From: Salpingoeca rosetta
Taxonomy: Eukaryota > Protista > Choanoflagellata
Length of the DNA stretch: 64,000 bases
Reading direction: 5' to 3'
Assembly: GCA_033442325.1 (NCBI GenBank)
Contig: JAWQFM010000033.1
Coordinates: 1-64,000, forward strand
The translations under genes and the position numbers were made by a program. The first letter of the stretch is position 1, and every line of letters starts with the position of its first letter. Positions 14,566-27,789 of this stretch are shown here, piece after piece. The notes beneath the pieces are model-generated. The model was given only the letters and a program-made list of their open reading frames with translations. It was not told the DNA's origin and did no database searches.

Positions 14566-15403
14566 TGTATGTGTGTGTGTAAGTGTGTGTGTGTGTGGTG
14601 CACACACTCATGTACGCGACCAGCATTCACCCTCCCCCACCCAACACACACTTTTGTGCAGCCTTCCTCCGACTGCAACGAGCCATGCACGGGGGCGTCC
14701 ACCGAGATGTGCGGAGCAGCCAATCGCATGAACATCATCCGGGCAAACTGTTCCGGCAACCCGTTCCTACAGGTGATTCCAACACACACGCACACAACAC
14801 AACACACACGCACACAAAACACACACACACACACACTCTCTCTCTCTCTCTGCTCATACGTGACTACTGTTGCACCTTGCCTCGTCAGGCCATGCGTGCC
14901 TGTCTGCAGCGACGAGGGAGTTGCCGTTCTGCAACACGAGCCTGTCCATTGGTGCCCGCCTCGACGACCTCATTGGACGCCTCAGCCTTCATGAGAAGGC
15001 CGGCCTCATTGGCCCCGATCCCGTCACCAGTCCATGCGCCTTCCTTGACAATGGCGTCAAGAGGTGGGAAAAGACATGCAGCGCCCACGCAGTGACTTGT
15101 GACTCTGTCTGCTTATGTTTTCCTCCCCGCTTCTTCGTGCCACAACCGCATCAACCGCCACCACCACCATTGCTCACACAGCAACATCACCTCCTTCTTC
15201 ATGCTCACATGTGTGTGCATGGGTCGCAGGCTTGACATCCCGCCGTATCTGTATCTGGTGGAGACGAACACGGCCGTTGCCTCTGCGTGCATCATCAGCC
15301 AGGACAAGTGTGCCACCACGTTCATTGGCCCCACAGGTCTTGGCGCAGCCTTCAACCGAGTGCGTGTGTGTGTGTGTGTGTGCGTGTGTGTGTGTGTGTG
15401 TGT

Positions 15404-15444
<41 letters not shown>

Positions 15445-16641
15445 CTACGCCTGCTCTATCGGCTTCTCCTTGATCAAAGCTCCGGTCATTCATTCCCTCC
15501 CTCCTCGTCCCACCACCACCGGTCCTTTGCTTCCAGGTCATATCCACGGAGATACGCGCCTTCAACAATCTCAACTGGCACAGGGGCGGCGGCATCTTGC
15601 AAGATCGGACTCACAGGTGCACCCTTCATCACATGAAGCTGACGCTGGTGCACATCACCACACCCAGGCGATCACTCTACAACAGTTGCACCCATGCCAC
15701 CAACCCCCTTCACACTCACCCCCACTCACTCACTCACACACTTTGCAGGCCCACCCACTCATCTTCACTGCACCCCCCCCCCTTCAACCTCTGGGATGCC
15801 TTCTTGAGCCGCGAGTATGCTGCTGCTTACGTGGCCGGCTGCCAGGACGGCCCAGACAGGAAGTACAAGAAAATGACAGCAAGTACGCACACGCATCTAC
15901 ATTCACACGTGTGTGTATGCAAACGCCCACAACCGTGTCAGCGACGCTGTTTCATTTGCACACTTGGTGGGGATCGTGTCATTTACACTGCTGTCACCGC
16001 ACCATCGCGTTTAGGTCTCAGGCACGTTGACGCGCACTCGGTCGAGACAAACCGCATGGCATTCAACGGGAACATCTCCACCTTTGACCTCTGGGACACC
16101 GAGGTGTGCATGTGTGTGTGTCTGTGTGTGTCTGTCTGTCTGTCTGTCTGTGTCAGCTCGTGTATCTCCAATCAACATTTCTTGTGAGTTCGTCCACGCC
16201 ACCAGACCTGCCACATCCCCTCACCTCCCACTTCCTTATGTTCATCCCGCTCCCCTCTGCCATGTGTCTCATGTGCAGTACAAGCGCGGGCGCTTGCTGC
16301 CATGTGCTCGTACGCCAGCATCAACGGCGTGTCCTCGCCGTGTGCGAATAACATGCTGCTCAACGACGTCGTGTGCGGGCAGTGGAAGCGTGACATGGTG
16401 ACGATTGGAACAGACTGTGGTGCGATTTGCAAACATGGTCAACGCCAACACGTACGCCCACGAGTTCCGTCGACGCTGTCGCGAAGACGCTGAACGGCAG
16501 CGCAGATATGGAGCTCGGGGAGACTTACTTCACCACAAACGGCTACTTGGCGCAGGCTGTGAAGCAAACCCGCACGACAATGGACACGGTGAACAACGCC
16601 GTGCGGCGGGTCCTCAAAGATAGCTTCATTACGGGCCAATG
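14119..16641 (+). pseudogene. Decayed secreted WSC-domain + glycoside hydrolase family 3 (beta-xylosidase-like) gene, 5' half
   Basis: Signal peptide (VTALLWLVAVAVSVVQAQ) is out of frame with ATG 14119. WSC motifs AVEYSYQCF and [22 protein letters not shown]3 exons: LPFCNTSLSIGARLDDLIGRLSLHEKAG, ATTFIGPTGLGAAFNR, VISTEIRAF, MCSYASINGVSSPCAN and TDCGAI (nucleophile Asp). Several frameshifts; the RDPRWGR segment is absent. Confidence 0.85.
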
Positions 16642-16831
16642 GTATGTTTACTTGTGCTGGCTTTGAATGTGTGTGTGTGTGTGTCTGTGTGTCTGTGTGT
16701 ATCTGTCCTCAAAGCCTCTGATGAGTTTCGTGTCCTTGAGAAGATGAAGCGGTGCGCGGTTCCTCAACACCTCACAAGAGTGTTTGCCTCTTACCCCATC
16801 CTCCCCTCCACTCCCACACCTTCCCCTCCAG

Positions 16832-19810
16832 GCATCGACGAGAGCCCAACCTGCCACTGCGTAACGGCCCCTGCATCAGCGAGTGCCCTGACGGCGAGTA
16901 TGANNNNNNNNNNNNNNNNNNNNNNNNNNNNNNNNNNNNNNNNNNNNNNNNNNNNNNNNNNNNNNNNNNNNNNNNNNNNNNNNNNNNNNNNNNNNNNNNN
17001 NNNCCCACCAGACGCCACCGACTGCCTCCTCTGCGACGGCACCCTCCTCAGTCGTGCATTGCCCATTGCCCTCTCGATTACTTCTACGCCAAGGACCACC
17101 GCTGCGTGCCATGCACCACGTGTGGCGTGGGCACCTGGCCCTCCACCCCATGCTCCGCGTCCTCTGACGCCGTCTGCTCTCCCCCTGAACCGAGTGCAAC
17201 CCGGGCCAGAAGGAGTTTGTCTCTGGCAACGCCGTGCGCGACCGTGCATGCGTGAGCTGCACCCTTTGGCATGGAGTACCAGCCGCCGCCGGACCGCGCC
17301 TCGTGCTTCCCCACCAGCGTGTGCGAGGAGCCCTTCATCGAGACCATCCCGCCCACGCTCACCACGGACCGCCTGTGCTCTTGCGACACGCTCACCTGCA
17401 ACAAGCTCATCACACAGCTGTTTGAGGAGATGGTGCGTGCCGAGCACACGGACGAGCAGCTCGACGTCGTGCTTGACGTGTGCTGCTCCAACCAGGCGAG
17501 GATGGCATCCGCGACACCATTTGCCAGATGGACGCCTACGAGGCACGCCGCTGCTGCCCAGGCTGCACAGACACGTGCGAGTGCAGCGCTGGCTTCATCC
17601 TTGTCTACGACGCCGATCCAGCCGACTGTCGGCCGTGCGACAGCGTGACGGAGTTCTCCACATCCATTGGCGGCAGCAAGTGCGAGGCCATTGAGGAGTG
17701 CGAGCGCGGCCAGGAAGAGGTCGCCGCGCCCACCCGCTGTTCCTTGGACCGCGTGTGCCGCGCCTGCCCGGCCGGCACCATCGACTCGGACAGCGACGGC
17801 TCCACGGGTTGCCAGATGTGCCCCCGGTGGCCACTACACGGAGGCGGGCTCCCACAGCTCCTGCTCCAGCTTCACCTGCCGCGCCGGCACCCACCCACGA
17901 CCACCACGACAGCGACCCCGCCACCCCGTGCAACGACGTCACAGAGTGCACGCCCGGGTCTGAGGAGGTGCCGGGCATCACACTCCTCATCAGTGACCGT
18001 GTATGCGACGAGTGCCCGGAGGGCACGTACAAGGCTGTCTCTGGCCAGCCAGGGCGTGTCCTGTCTCCCCGTCACCACGTGCGCCGCTGGCGAGGAGGAG
18101 ATTGCCGAGCCCACCCCGACGAGCGACCACGTGTGCAGCCAGTGCGAGCTTGGCGCCACCTTCAAGCCCGTCGAACGGCCGGGCCGAGTCATGCCGCCCC
18201 GTCACTCAGTGCGGTCCGGATGAGAACGAGATTCGCTTCGTAAACGCACGCGCCAGCACGACCGCCTCTGCCGCAAGTGCGTCCAGGACACGTACGTGCC
18301 CGTGTCGCGTTGCGCGGCCGCGGAGTACATTTCCACGCACGACTGCGAGCAAGTGCGAGTTTGGCACCGTCCAGAGCCAGGTGCCCACGCTCGACTCCAA
18401 CCGCGAGTGCACGCTGGAGTGCTCCGAGTGCCCCAGCGGCCGCTTCGAGATTCGCGCCTGCTCCGCGCTTGAGCACATGCAGTGCACAGGCTGCTCCGCG
18501 TTCCCGCCGAACACATACATCCTGCGCGCCTGCGACTCGCGAGAACGACGTGTCGTGCCAGCAGTGCAGCACGTGCTCTGATGAGCAGTACCGCAGCGCG
18601 CCATGCACCGCCACCAGCGACACGGCGTGCACGACGCTCGACTTGTGCGACCAGCACCAGTTTGAGCTGTTCCCCCCTGCCACACCAACCACGGACCGCA
18701 TCTGCTGCGACCTGAGCCAGTGCAACCCGTCGACGGAGTGCGAGCGCACCACCTGTGCCACCTCATTTCCAAGTGCGACCCTGGCGAGCAGCGCGCATTC
18801 GAGCACCCACCTCAACCTCCGACACCAAGTGCGAGCCGTGCCCCATCGGCACCACTGACCACGACCGCAACCCGCTCACCGCCTGCCAGCCGTGTTCCTA
18901 TGGCCACTATGTGCCCGCGTGCCCCATCGGCTCCTGCGAGCAGTTCCTGTGCCAGGCCGGCACCACCAACCTGGACCGCAACGCCAACACACGACGTGTA
19001 CGCCGTGCCAGGCTGGCGTGGACTTTGCCGCCCTCTCTGGCCCAGCGCGATTGCACTACTGTGGCGGAGTGCAACCTTGGCTACGAGGAGATGGTGCGCC
19101 CTGCTATGCGCCCCACCATCTTCACCGACCGCCAGTGCCGCCGCTGCATCGAGGGCCTGTTCTACCGCAACAGCAACACGGGCTTCTGCATGCGCGTGTG
19201 TCGCCCTGCGAGCCTGGCTCGTTTGAGACGGCCGCGCCCACCATCAGCACGGACCGCGAGTGCCAGATGGGCCCGCATATGCCCCAACAACAACACGTTC
19301 ATCTCCCGCCCGCTCAAACCAACGACGTAGAACCACAGGCATCTGCTCGCCGTGGACGCAGTTCCTGTCCAACGAGTACGAGCTCGTTGCGCCGTCGCTG
19401 GTCAACGACCGCGAGTGCCAGCGCGTGCGCACTCGTGCCAGCACACAGAGTATGAGGTGTCGGCGCCCACGGCCACGACAGACCGCCTCTGCGGCACCAT
19501 CAGTGGAGCAGTTTGGGGTGCTCCCACCGTGCGTGCGTGCCTGCGTGCTCTATTTTGCTCATCTTTGACGCCAAGTTCAACGCCCTTGCCGGCACGCAGT
19601 CGCGCCGCGGGGCGTTTGAGGTCGTGCTGGTGCAGTCCATCAACACGACGCAGGACGCATCGCAGATTCATTCTGCGCATCGACCTGCGCCAGGGGTCCA
19701 TCATCGCCACCGTCGCCTCCCTCAACGAGGAGTTTACGCGCTCCTCTTCAGCCGATCCGTCTCTGGCGACGTCACCGTCATGGGCTCCACCGCATCGCCG
19801 TGCGAGGCCG
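16832..19810 (+). pseudogene. Decayed large Cys-rich repeat (TNFR/furin-like) surface-protein gene fragment, ending in a SEA-like segment
   Basis: CxxCxxC...PTxTxDRxC and CPxGTTDxDxN repeats are distributed over all three + frames, implying many frameshifts. Ends with IFDAKFNAL...ILRIDLRQGSIIATV. Confidence 0.75.
16904..17003. other. Assembly gap (100 N)
   Basis: N run. Confidence 0.99.
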
Positions 19811-20745
19811 ACGTGTCCTGGACGACTCGTCCCTTTGGGTGCACGCATGCACACGCGATCCCACCCATCGCACAGCAACTGCTGGAGCCACCCACGCTTG
19901 CAATTTCACGTCGGTGCAGCATCCTCCACCATGACAACAACAGCAGCCACCACCATTGCACCTGCTGTGATCGAGTGCTGTCAGCACATGCCACCTTCAC
20001 CTCCCGCATCATCATGCAAACACTGCTGCCACCACCACCACCACCAACGACAGCAACGAGCTCAAGGTATCGGATGCTGTTGGCTCTTGGACCACCACGG
20101 CGTTGTTGGGAGAGACAGCAGCAGCAATAATGGCCGTGGTGGTGGTGCACGCCATGGCAACAGCAGCGACAGCTGATGTGGTGGTGGTGGTGGTGGTGGT
20201 GATTGTGTTTGCATTCCTCACTAGTTCCAGCAACAGCAAGGAAGTGGGCACTGTGCTTCTGGTGGGCACGCGTGTGCTGGCTGTTGTTGGTACCATGGCT
20301 GGCAACAGCTGCTGCTGCGATGAGCGACAACAGCAATTAAGAAAAAGGTGGATGTATGTGAAATTGCACGGCACGCAGTCACCCTTCCTTTGTGGTCGGC
20401 TGTGCAATTGCATGTGCGCACATCGATGACGGCGATGGTGAGACAGCTGCCAATCAAATCACTTCCCATCTGAGGAACCACCGCATCGTGGCTGGTGCAT
20501 GCGTACATCTCGTTCTTCCTTCAGACCCGCCATCGACAGAGCAGCGTTGCAGTGTGTCATGCGGTGTTTGATGATGCGTCGTTGTTGTTGCCACTGCGTT
20601 GGCTCTTTGTTCACATGCACGCCGCGCATACTCAATGTGCTTCCTTCCTTCCTTCCTTCCTTCCTTCCTTCCTTCTTGCTGTCTCTCTGCTCTGCCACTC
20701 TTCTTTGTTCAGTGTTGTGTGTTTGGTTGTTGGTTGCCGTGTTGC

Positions 20746-21280
20746 GGTGATTCCGTCTTGCTTGTTCAATCGTTTCCCAACAGTACAGTGGGACAGAGCC
20801 AAGACATGAAGAAACGACAGCAACCCTCACACGGGCACACACGCAACACCAACACGCACATCCAAGCAAGAGAGGAAAGCAGAAACAGAACACAGCACTG
20901 CTCAAGACAACAGCCACATCGCATGGTGCCACTTGCAGTGCAGCCAACCAGCCAAATGCAGGGTGTCCTGCACCAACAATAACAAGGGCGGCAGTCATCC
21001 ACCAGCCACCACTGTGTGTCAGGGTGCTGCAGGGGATAGAAGACACACGAAGCAAGTGTTGCTGTTGCTGCTGCACTTGAACGCCTCGCACCAGTGCTTC
21101 AAGCACGTCCCTCCAGCGTCAGCTGCACTTGGTTGCCGTCCTTGTCACCTGGCAGGTGCTGTTGTCTTTTGCACCGTGTCTCGCGGATGGCCTGTGTGAT
21201 GAAGCAGAATGCGTCCAGCACCACCGCGATTATGCCAGATGGATTAGGCAGTCCAGGACAAAAGAAGTCGACGCAGCCGC
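20746..21280. repeat. Dispersed ~535-bp repeat, copy 1
   Basis: Colinear with 57653-58187. Shared blocks include tgttcaatcgttt, ccctcacacgggcacac, gcacttggttgccgtccttgt, ggatggcctgtgtgatgaagcagaa and aaagaagtcgacgc. Confidence 0.85.
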
Positions 21281-21461
21281 CTCCATCGTCTTCTTTGCCA
21301 TGTCAAAATGCTTGGCAGATGATGTCAGGTACGGCAATGTAGTGATATCGTAGTCGTCAAGCATTTGCGTATCTGCGGGAGGTGTTGCTGGTGGAACAAC
21401 AATGGGCACAATGACGTAGGGGCGGCATCTGGGGTCTGTTGTTGGGCGGAGATGGCACAGG

Positions 21462-21930
21462 TCAAACTGCTCTGTGGGGGATCATGGTGCGGTTTAGGGT
21501 CAGGTCCAGCGCCCACAGGGCAACCTTGCCTTGCGAAACGCTGCTTGAAACAGTAAGCAGGCGCTGGTGGTCGCACGTGACCATGTCATCTGCTCTGTCA
21601 TTGCGATGCAGTATGGTGGTGTGCTGACCGGTGCTGTAGTCGCACTTGATCACGCTCTCAACAGAGTTGACCAACAAGACGCTGCTGTGACGGGCAAAGA
21701 CACCAAACTTGACCGGAGCGTTTCTGCTCACTTTGAGCTTGCTGAGGACATTGTGGTTGGCGACGTCACACACAAACACGTCACCTCGCGCAGTGTCAAT
21801 CGCCAGCAGGCTGTCATCAGTTGGGTGGGTGGCCATGGTGGCGGCGGTCATGTTGGCGTTCGGCTCTGCCTCGTCCACAAACAAGTCATCCAACACCACA
21901 ACACGTGTCAGCGCACTGCTCACACCACTA

Positions 21931-22002
<72 letters not shown>

Positions 22003-23000
22003 CTGGTCATGCTTCGGTGTTCAATGAGGTAGAAGTGCACTGTGTTTCCGTATGCGCAGACAAACTTTTGGCTGCGGTCCGCAAACGCTGCAATGCGCGG
22101 GACACGAACGCCCGTGACCTCTTTGGGTTCTGCCAACGTCGCACCACCAACACAAACGGGCGCACATCCTCACCGCTACCGCTGCTGTTGTTGTTGTCGT
22201 TGTTGGAGCCATTGTTGCTGTCCTTTCATGTTGTGTTGTTGCTGATCGTGTGATGTGAGGGTGCTGAGATCCCACACGTGCAAGTCGGTGGAAGTAGACG
22301 CAGTCACCAGGAAGCGGCCATCAGGGGTGACGCGCAACGCATCCACGGCAGTACGCACGCGCTCCTTGCTTGCCGTTTCCGCCTCCACTTCCCCGCTCGC
22401 TTCTTCTTCATCCATGTCTTGCACCACCTCTTTGTCATTATCGACAGCATCAGCCCTCCACTCTGCAAGCAAGGTCGATGGCTGACCAAGCTGCCACACG
22501 GAGATGACACCCGCCTTGTTGCCCGCGATGTACAGGGTGGGCGTGACTGCCATGTAGCGCGTGTGCTCGAAGGTGGACGGCACGACCGCCATGCACTTGA
22601 GGTCTGGCACGCGGTGCAGCTTGCACTCGTAGGGCACCTTCTGCCACCTCTCGATGACGCCACCGGACGCGGCAGCGCATGCAAGCTCAGCGCCAAGGAA
22701 AGGATCCTCAAAGATGATGGTGCGTTCAGCCTCCCGGACACCGAGGCCGCAGATGTACACGCGGGAATAAGAGGGGCAGATGAGGTGCCTGCCGTCCTTG
22801 GTCCACACCATGTCGGTTGCTGTGACGGGCACGTGCTGCTTGCATGTCAGCCTGTGCATGTCCCACACAAACGACTCAGCCACCAGCAGGCGGCCATCGG
22901 GGCTGACGCTGACGTAGGAGTAGCCTTCATGCCCAGAAGAAGCAGAAGGACAGCTGCCAGGAGGCCTCAGAGAGACGAGAGTAGGAGTGCGTGTCTGCTT
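21462..23000 (-). pseudogene. WD40 beta-propeller gene, frameshifted and 5'-incomplete
   Basis: VSVSPDGRLLVA..VWD, MVWTKDGRHLI, LRVTPDGRFLVTASTSTDLHVWDL and QGKVALWAL. Frame break near 22140-22200; no in-frame ATG found upstream. Confidence 0.65.
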
Positions 23001-23279
23001 GGCTGCTTGATATGCATAAGATCCTGGGAAGACTGGCGCTGGGATGGATATGCGATGTATATTCGTGTTTCGTGTTGAGAGGGAAGTGTTGTTGGATGGA
23101 TGAGTGGCTGTATTGAATGTGCTCGATGGTGTGAACTAAGGAACTGAGCCAGCGCACTCAACGTGAACGGAACACGAAAGAAAGGTCAAAGCACCAACAG
23201 AAGAGAAAGGATCAACTGTTGCAGTGGAAGAGCAGCAGCTTCAGGATGCGCCACACACACACACACACATCACGGCTCA

Positions 23280-24644
23280 CCGCTTGATGTGGAGCTTGTT
23301 CTCCTTGCTCGGGTACTTGGTCGGGTGCACCTGAACATCATCGCAGATGAGGCAATGGCGTCAGCATAACACGACTGCACACAAACGCCACCACCCGACC
23401 CCAAGCAACCGCCACCACCACCTCACTCCAAAGCAAACAAGTCGCCCCACAGCCAGCCCACCTTGCAGACGCATGCGTAGAGGTTGGTGGCGGCAATCAG
23501 AAACTCCTTGTGCAACGGTTTCTGCGGATCAAACTCGAGCGCCTCGGGGAAGATCTTGTGGCCTTTGTGGGCAGCACACGCGAGGGTGCGGAGCAATGGA
23601 ACGAGGCAAACACGCGATCAGTTGCGGTGTGGGTGGTGCTGCCAGAACGAACACACACACATACACGCACACACACACATAAACACAGACACACACACGC
23701 ACGCACACACGAGTCCTCACCTGACCAGAAGGGCTCTCCACTCTTGGTCACCTGACCAGAAGGGCTCTCCACTCTTGGTCTTTGCGTCTGCGGGGAAGGT
23801 GGCGATGAGGTCCAGAATGACGTCGCGGAAAAACGCGTGAAAGTCGCGCCACGCCAGCGACACTCACGTCTCCATCGTCGGCTTCTCTTGCAGCTGAGGC
23901 ATAACACGCGCCAGCTGTAGTGGTGGTGGTGGTGGTGTGAACCCTCATCACCAGGAAAGGGCGTGTCATCACAAACCTCCATCACATCCATCACACATCC
24001 ATCACACAACTACCACACGCTGCCACCTTCAACAACAACAACAACAACACCAGCACCTGTGCGGCGAGGTCCTTGATGGCCTTGAGCGTGTCCACGCCGC
24101 GTTCGAGGGCGCCAATCCGCTCGTGCTGCTCAATCTTCGTCTGCAGCCCCGAGATGAAGCCCTCAGGGTCCTCCAGGAACTGCTGCAGCTGCGACGCAGG
24201 GCTCACAAACAGGTCCCCGAACTTGGCCCGCGCCCCACTCGATGAGGTGCGGGAAGCTGCGCAGCGTGCACATGGGAATGCCGCCACCTGAGAACAGAAA
24301 AAGAAGATGAAAGAAGATGTTGAGTGGCGGTGAGACGATGGGGCTGGATAGGATGCAAACGACCGTGTAAGCTTCTCAAATGCACACACGCACGTGTACA
24401 CAGCACACATACCTGCTTCTGCGTCGCCGCCGTCGCTGTATGAGTTGATGGTGTGCGGCACAATGACGTCGACGTTGGCGCCCGTGCCCATCGTCCCGCT
24501 GGCTTCTCGTACAGCACACACTTGCTGTCAACAGGTTGTGTGATATTGTATGTCGAGGGGGGTTCGTGTGTATGGATCAAGATAGTAGGTGAGTGTGCAT
24601 ACAGTCGAGTTGAAATCCCATCAATCGACATGTTGTCTACACAC

Positions 24645-24729
<85 letters not shown>

Positions 24730-24825
24730 TCCTAGTCACCTTCGTGGAAGTTGAAGATCTGGTGGATGGGCCTGCAGCGGCCGCTGATCTTGACGAGCCC
24801 CTGCACAACAACGCCTTCCTTGTAC
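23280..24825 (-). pseudogene. Ubiquitin-activating enzyme E1 (UBA1/UBA6-like) pseudogene fragment with introns
   Basis: Exons in order: VVQGLVKISGRCRPIHQIFNF; VDSKCVLYEKP..SGTMGTGANVDVIVPHTINSY; GIPMCTLRSFPHLIE-WARAKF (catalytic Cys codon 24268-24270); FFRDVILDLIATFPADAKTKSGEPFWSG; HKIFPEALEFDPQKPLHKEFLIAATNLYA. Premature TGA at 23864-23866, frameshifts and internal deletions. Confidence 0.88.
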
Positions 24826-25774
24826 ACGCACATCGGTGATGGTGATGGCAATGAGGGTAAGGGAGGGAAGTGAAGCCGAGGTCAAAAGTTCAGCATGCGC
24901 AGTGCGTCACCACCTTCAATTCACCATGGCACCATCTTGCTTGATACACGATTTGGAAACACACGGTGTTACGCACACGCACGCTCACACATGCGCACAT
25001 GCACAAGTACGCACTCACCTCAGGGCAGCTGGTATAACAGGGGAAGATGATGATGCTCTCAAGTGGCACGCCCCTGGTGTCTGTATCTCACCATGCCGCA
25101 GTGCATGGCCTGGTCAATCGAGGTTGTGTGTGTGAGTGAGTGTGTGTGTGAGTGTGTGTGAGAGTGAGTGAGAGAGAAGCACATTGCCATTGCTATGCGC
25201 TGTGTCTCGTCTGCGACAACACGAACACGTGATGTTGATGATGATGGTGCGGTTCACAATGTCTGTTGACGAAACAACTCATCAAAGCACACACACACAC
25301 ACACATGCGCGTGTGGAAGAACAAACAAACCTGAACAAACAAACCTGTGTGGTGGTGTTGGTGGCATTTCTTTTGTCGCTGTCTGCAGTGATGCAGATGA
25401 TGGGCAGTGGCGGACGAGGAAAGCAACCACAGCAACCAAAGAACATCAACACAAGCTGGTTGTACAAAGGACAGCAGATACACAAGCGAGAAGACAGCTG
25501 CACCACAGCAACCACACACACACACACACACACATGTGAGTAAGAAAGGTGATGAAGTGAAGGACAACATCACAACCATTGCCAACAACACCTGCTTCAT
25601 CAGCACAGTGAGGTGAGCGCAAGCCAACAACCATGACTGGAACATGCGAGCGACACTTTGGCTTGTTCACCTGTCGTTGATGTGCACCCTTGGTACGCCA
25701 GCCTTGCTTGGTGTGGGTGTCACGACGCAATGCGCTCGTCCGTCATTGCCCCCTCCCACCACAAACACACACAG

Positions 25775-25814
<40 letters not shown>

Positions 25815-25833
25815 CACACACATACACACACAT

Positions 25834-25897
<64 letters not shown>

Positions 25898-26117
25898 CCG
25901 TCGTTGGCGCCGGCCATCCTCGACACATTCTCAAATCTCAAGTGCGAACACTGATGTTGGTGGTGTTGTTGATGATGCTGTGTATCTGCGGAGTGATCCT
26001 CAGCCACCATGTTCTTGGATTGCGACGCAGCCATTCCACCATCATCCCTCACCCATCTCCCCCTCCCACCCACACACACACACCACGACCACCCTCATCC
26101 ACACCCTTGCTGTGCAG

Positions 26118-26353
26118 TGTGGCGCCGGTACGCCTGTGCCAGATCTGCGACCACGTGTTGAGCCAGCTTGGATCGTACAGCCCAGAGTGCCTTCAGTCGT
26201 CATCAAGTTTCTCATGCAGCAAGGTGGCGCTGTTGTTGAGGGGAGTGGCAGATGTTGCCGCAGTGTGTGACAGTGTGTGATTGCGATCTCACACGCGCCC
26301 GCCTGCACGTGTCACTGTGGCTTGTTCTCTCGCAGCCGATCCCTCATATGCCT

Positions 26354-26411
<58 letters not shown>

Positions 26412-27385
26412 CACACACACTCACACACATGCACGTTGATGTTCAGCGGATGGAATGGATGATGTGAATGCGCTGACAGCGAACATGCAACACCAACAAC
26501 GGGGCGACGATCACCATGTGCTTGTGTGTGGTGGATGCCATCAAGAACGGGCTGGCATTTGATGCGCGCATTGCAAAGGCGTGGCTGCGGCCAACTCAAG
26601 ACGACCACGGCCCAGCCAATCACCGCCCTCGATCTGCTTGTGCTGTTGCTGCTTTACCAAGCACCAGAACGCCCACCGCCGCGGCGCAGAGACCACCGTC
26701 ATCAAGCTTGCAAGCACGGGCCGGCTCATCGCCGCCATGGCCGCTGCCACGTTTGCCAGACACACGCGCGCGTTCTTGATGTGCTTCAAGTCGATTGTGC
26801 ACATGGCGGACATCCTGAGCCAGCGGCAGGGGGCCGCGTGCCGCGACCTCGCCTTAACGGCCGGAGGTGGTCGGGGCCCTGGTGGCGCACATTGGCACGG
26901 GGCAGGCACAGGAGGTGGACGCAGCCATGCCTGTGCTGCTACTGTCGCTGGCCACAGACCACCCGAAGCTGCTGCACGCGATTGCGCTCATGTTGAAGGG
27001 CACCCTGGACTGCCTGAGCACCCTGCACTTCATCCACATTCTGCAGCTCTTCTGTGTCCTGACCACGCTCATGTCTGACCGCAAGCGCACCGCCGCCGCA
27101 GGCCTCAGCATTGATGACGAGAACGAGGATGGTGGGTGAGATTGTGTTTGAGTGTGTGTGTGTGTGTGTGTGCGGATGAACGTGTGTGTGAGTGTGTGTG
27201 TGAACTTGCATTGGGGAATTAAGTCTGTCCTTCCATGAAGAGCGTCTCTCACCCTTCTCACTCAACCACCACTACCACCACCACCACCACCACCACCATT
27301 CCTTCTCCATTGCACCCCGTGTACGGCAGCTGTCTCAATCGAATGAAGAGCTGAAACGCATCAACACCATCGCCGCCGCCACCGT
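26118..27385 (+). pseudogene. FANCD2: Fanconi anemia D2 (FANCD2) homologue fragment, frameshifted
   Basis: EVVGALVAHIGTGQAQEVDAAMPVLL..LKGTLDCL..LQLFCVLTTL matches FANCD2 [45 protein letters not shown]. Upstream VVIKFLMQ and AIKNGLAFDARIAKAW..LDLLVLLLLY, and downstream RQLSQS..LKRI, are colinear. Several frameshifts. Confidence 0.82.
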
Positions 27386-27789
27386 CACCCACACCTGGCT
27401 CGCTCTTGCCAACGACGCAGGCATCTCCATCGACCGTGCGTGCGTGCGTTCATGTGTGTGTGTGTGTGCTCACATGTGTGCGCGTGTTTGCGTGCGTTTG
27501 CGCCCTTGTTTGCACCTGAGTCCCCGTGTGGACTTGTCGTGCTCCTCCTCATCCACCACTCACCCGTCTCCTCGCCTGTCCAACAGGCGACCATCTCTCC
27601 TCACTGTTGCAGGCATTGCACTTCATCTATGTCGACAAGTGTGTTCAGCTGACATGCTCCGTTGCCACAACGCCTCCACGTCCACGCCCAGTCATTTGCC
27701 CTTCTATCGTGGCGTCGTTTCCTCCCCCCACCGCCAGCACCAACAACCATCAAGAGCAAGCACATCTGTCAGAATGCCATCGCGCCGCT

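Noticed and set aside
21462-24825. Novel E1-WD40 fusion gene
   Set aside because: Both parts carry disabling lesions and E1 lacks its ATP-binding exons; the adjacency is explained by the fragment mosaic.
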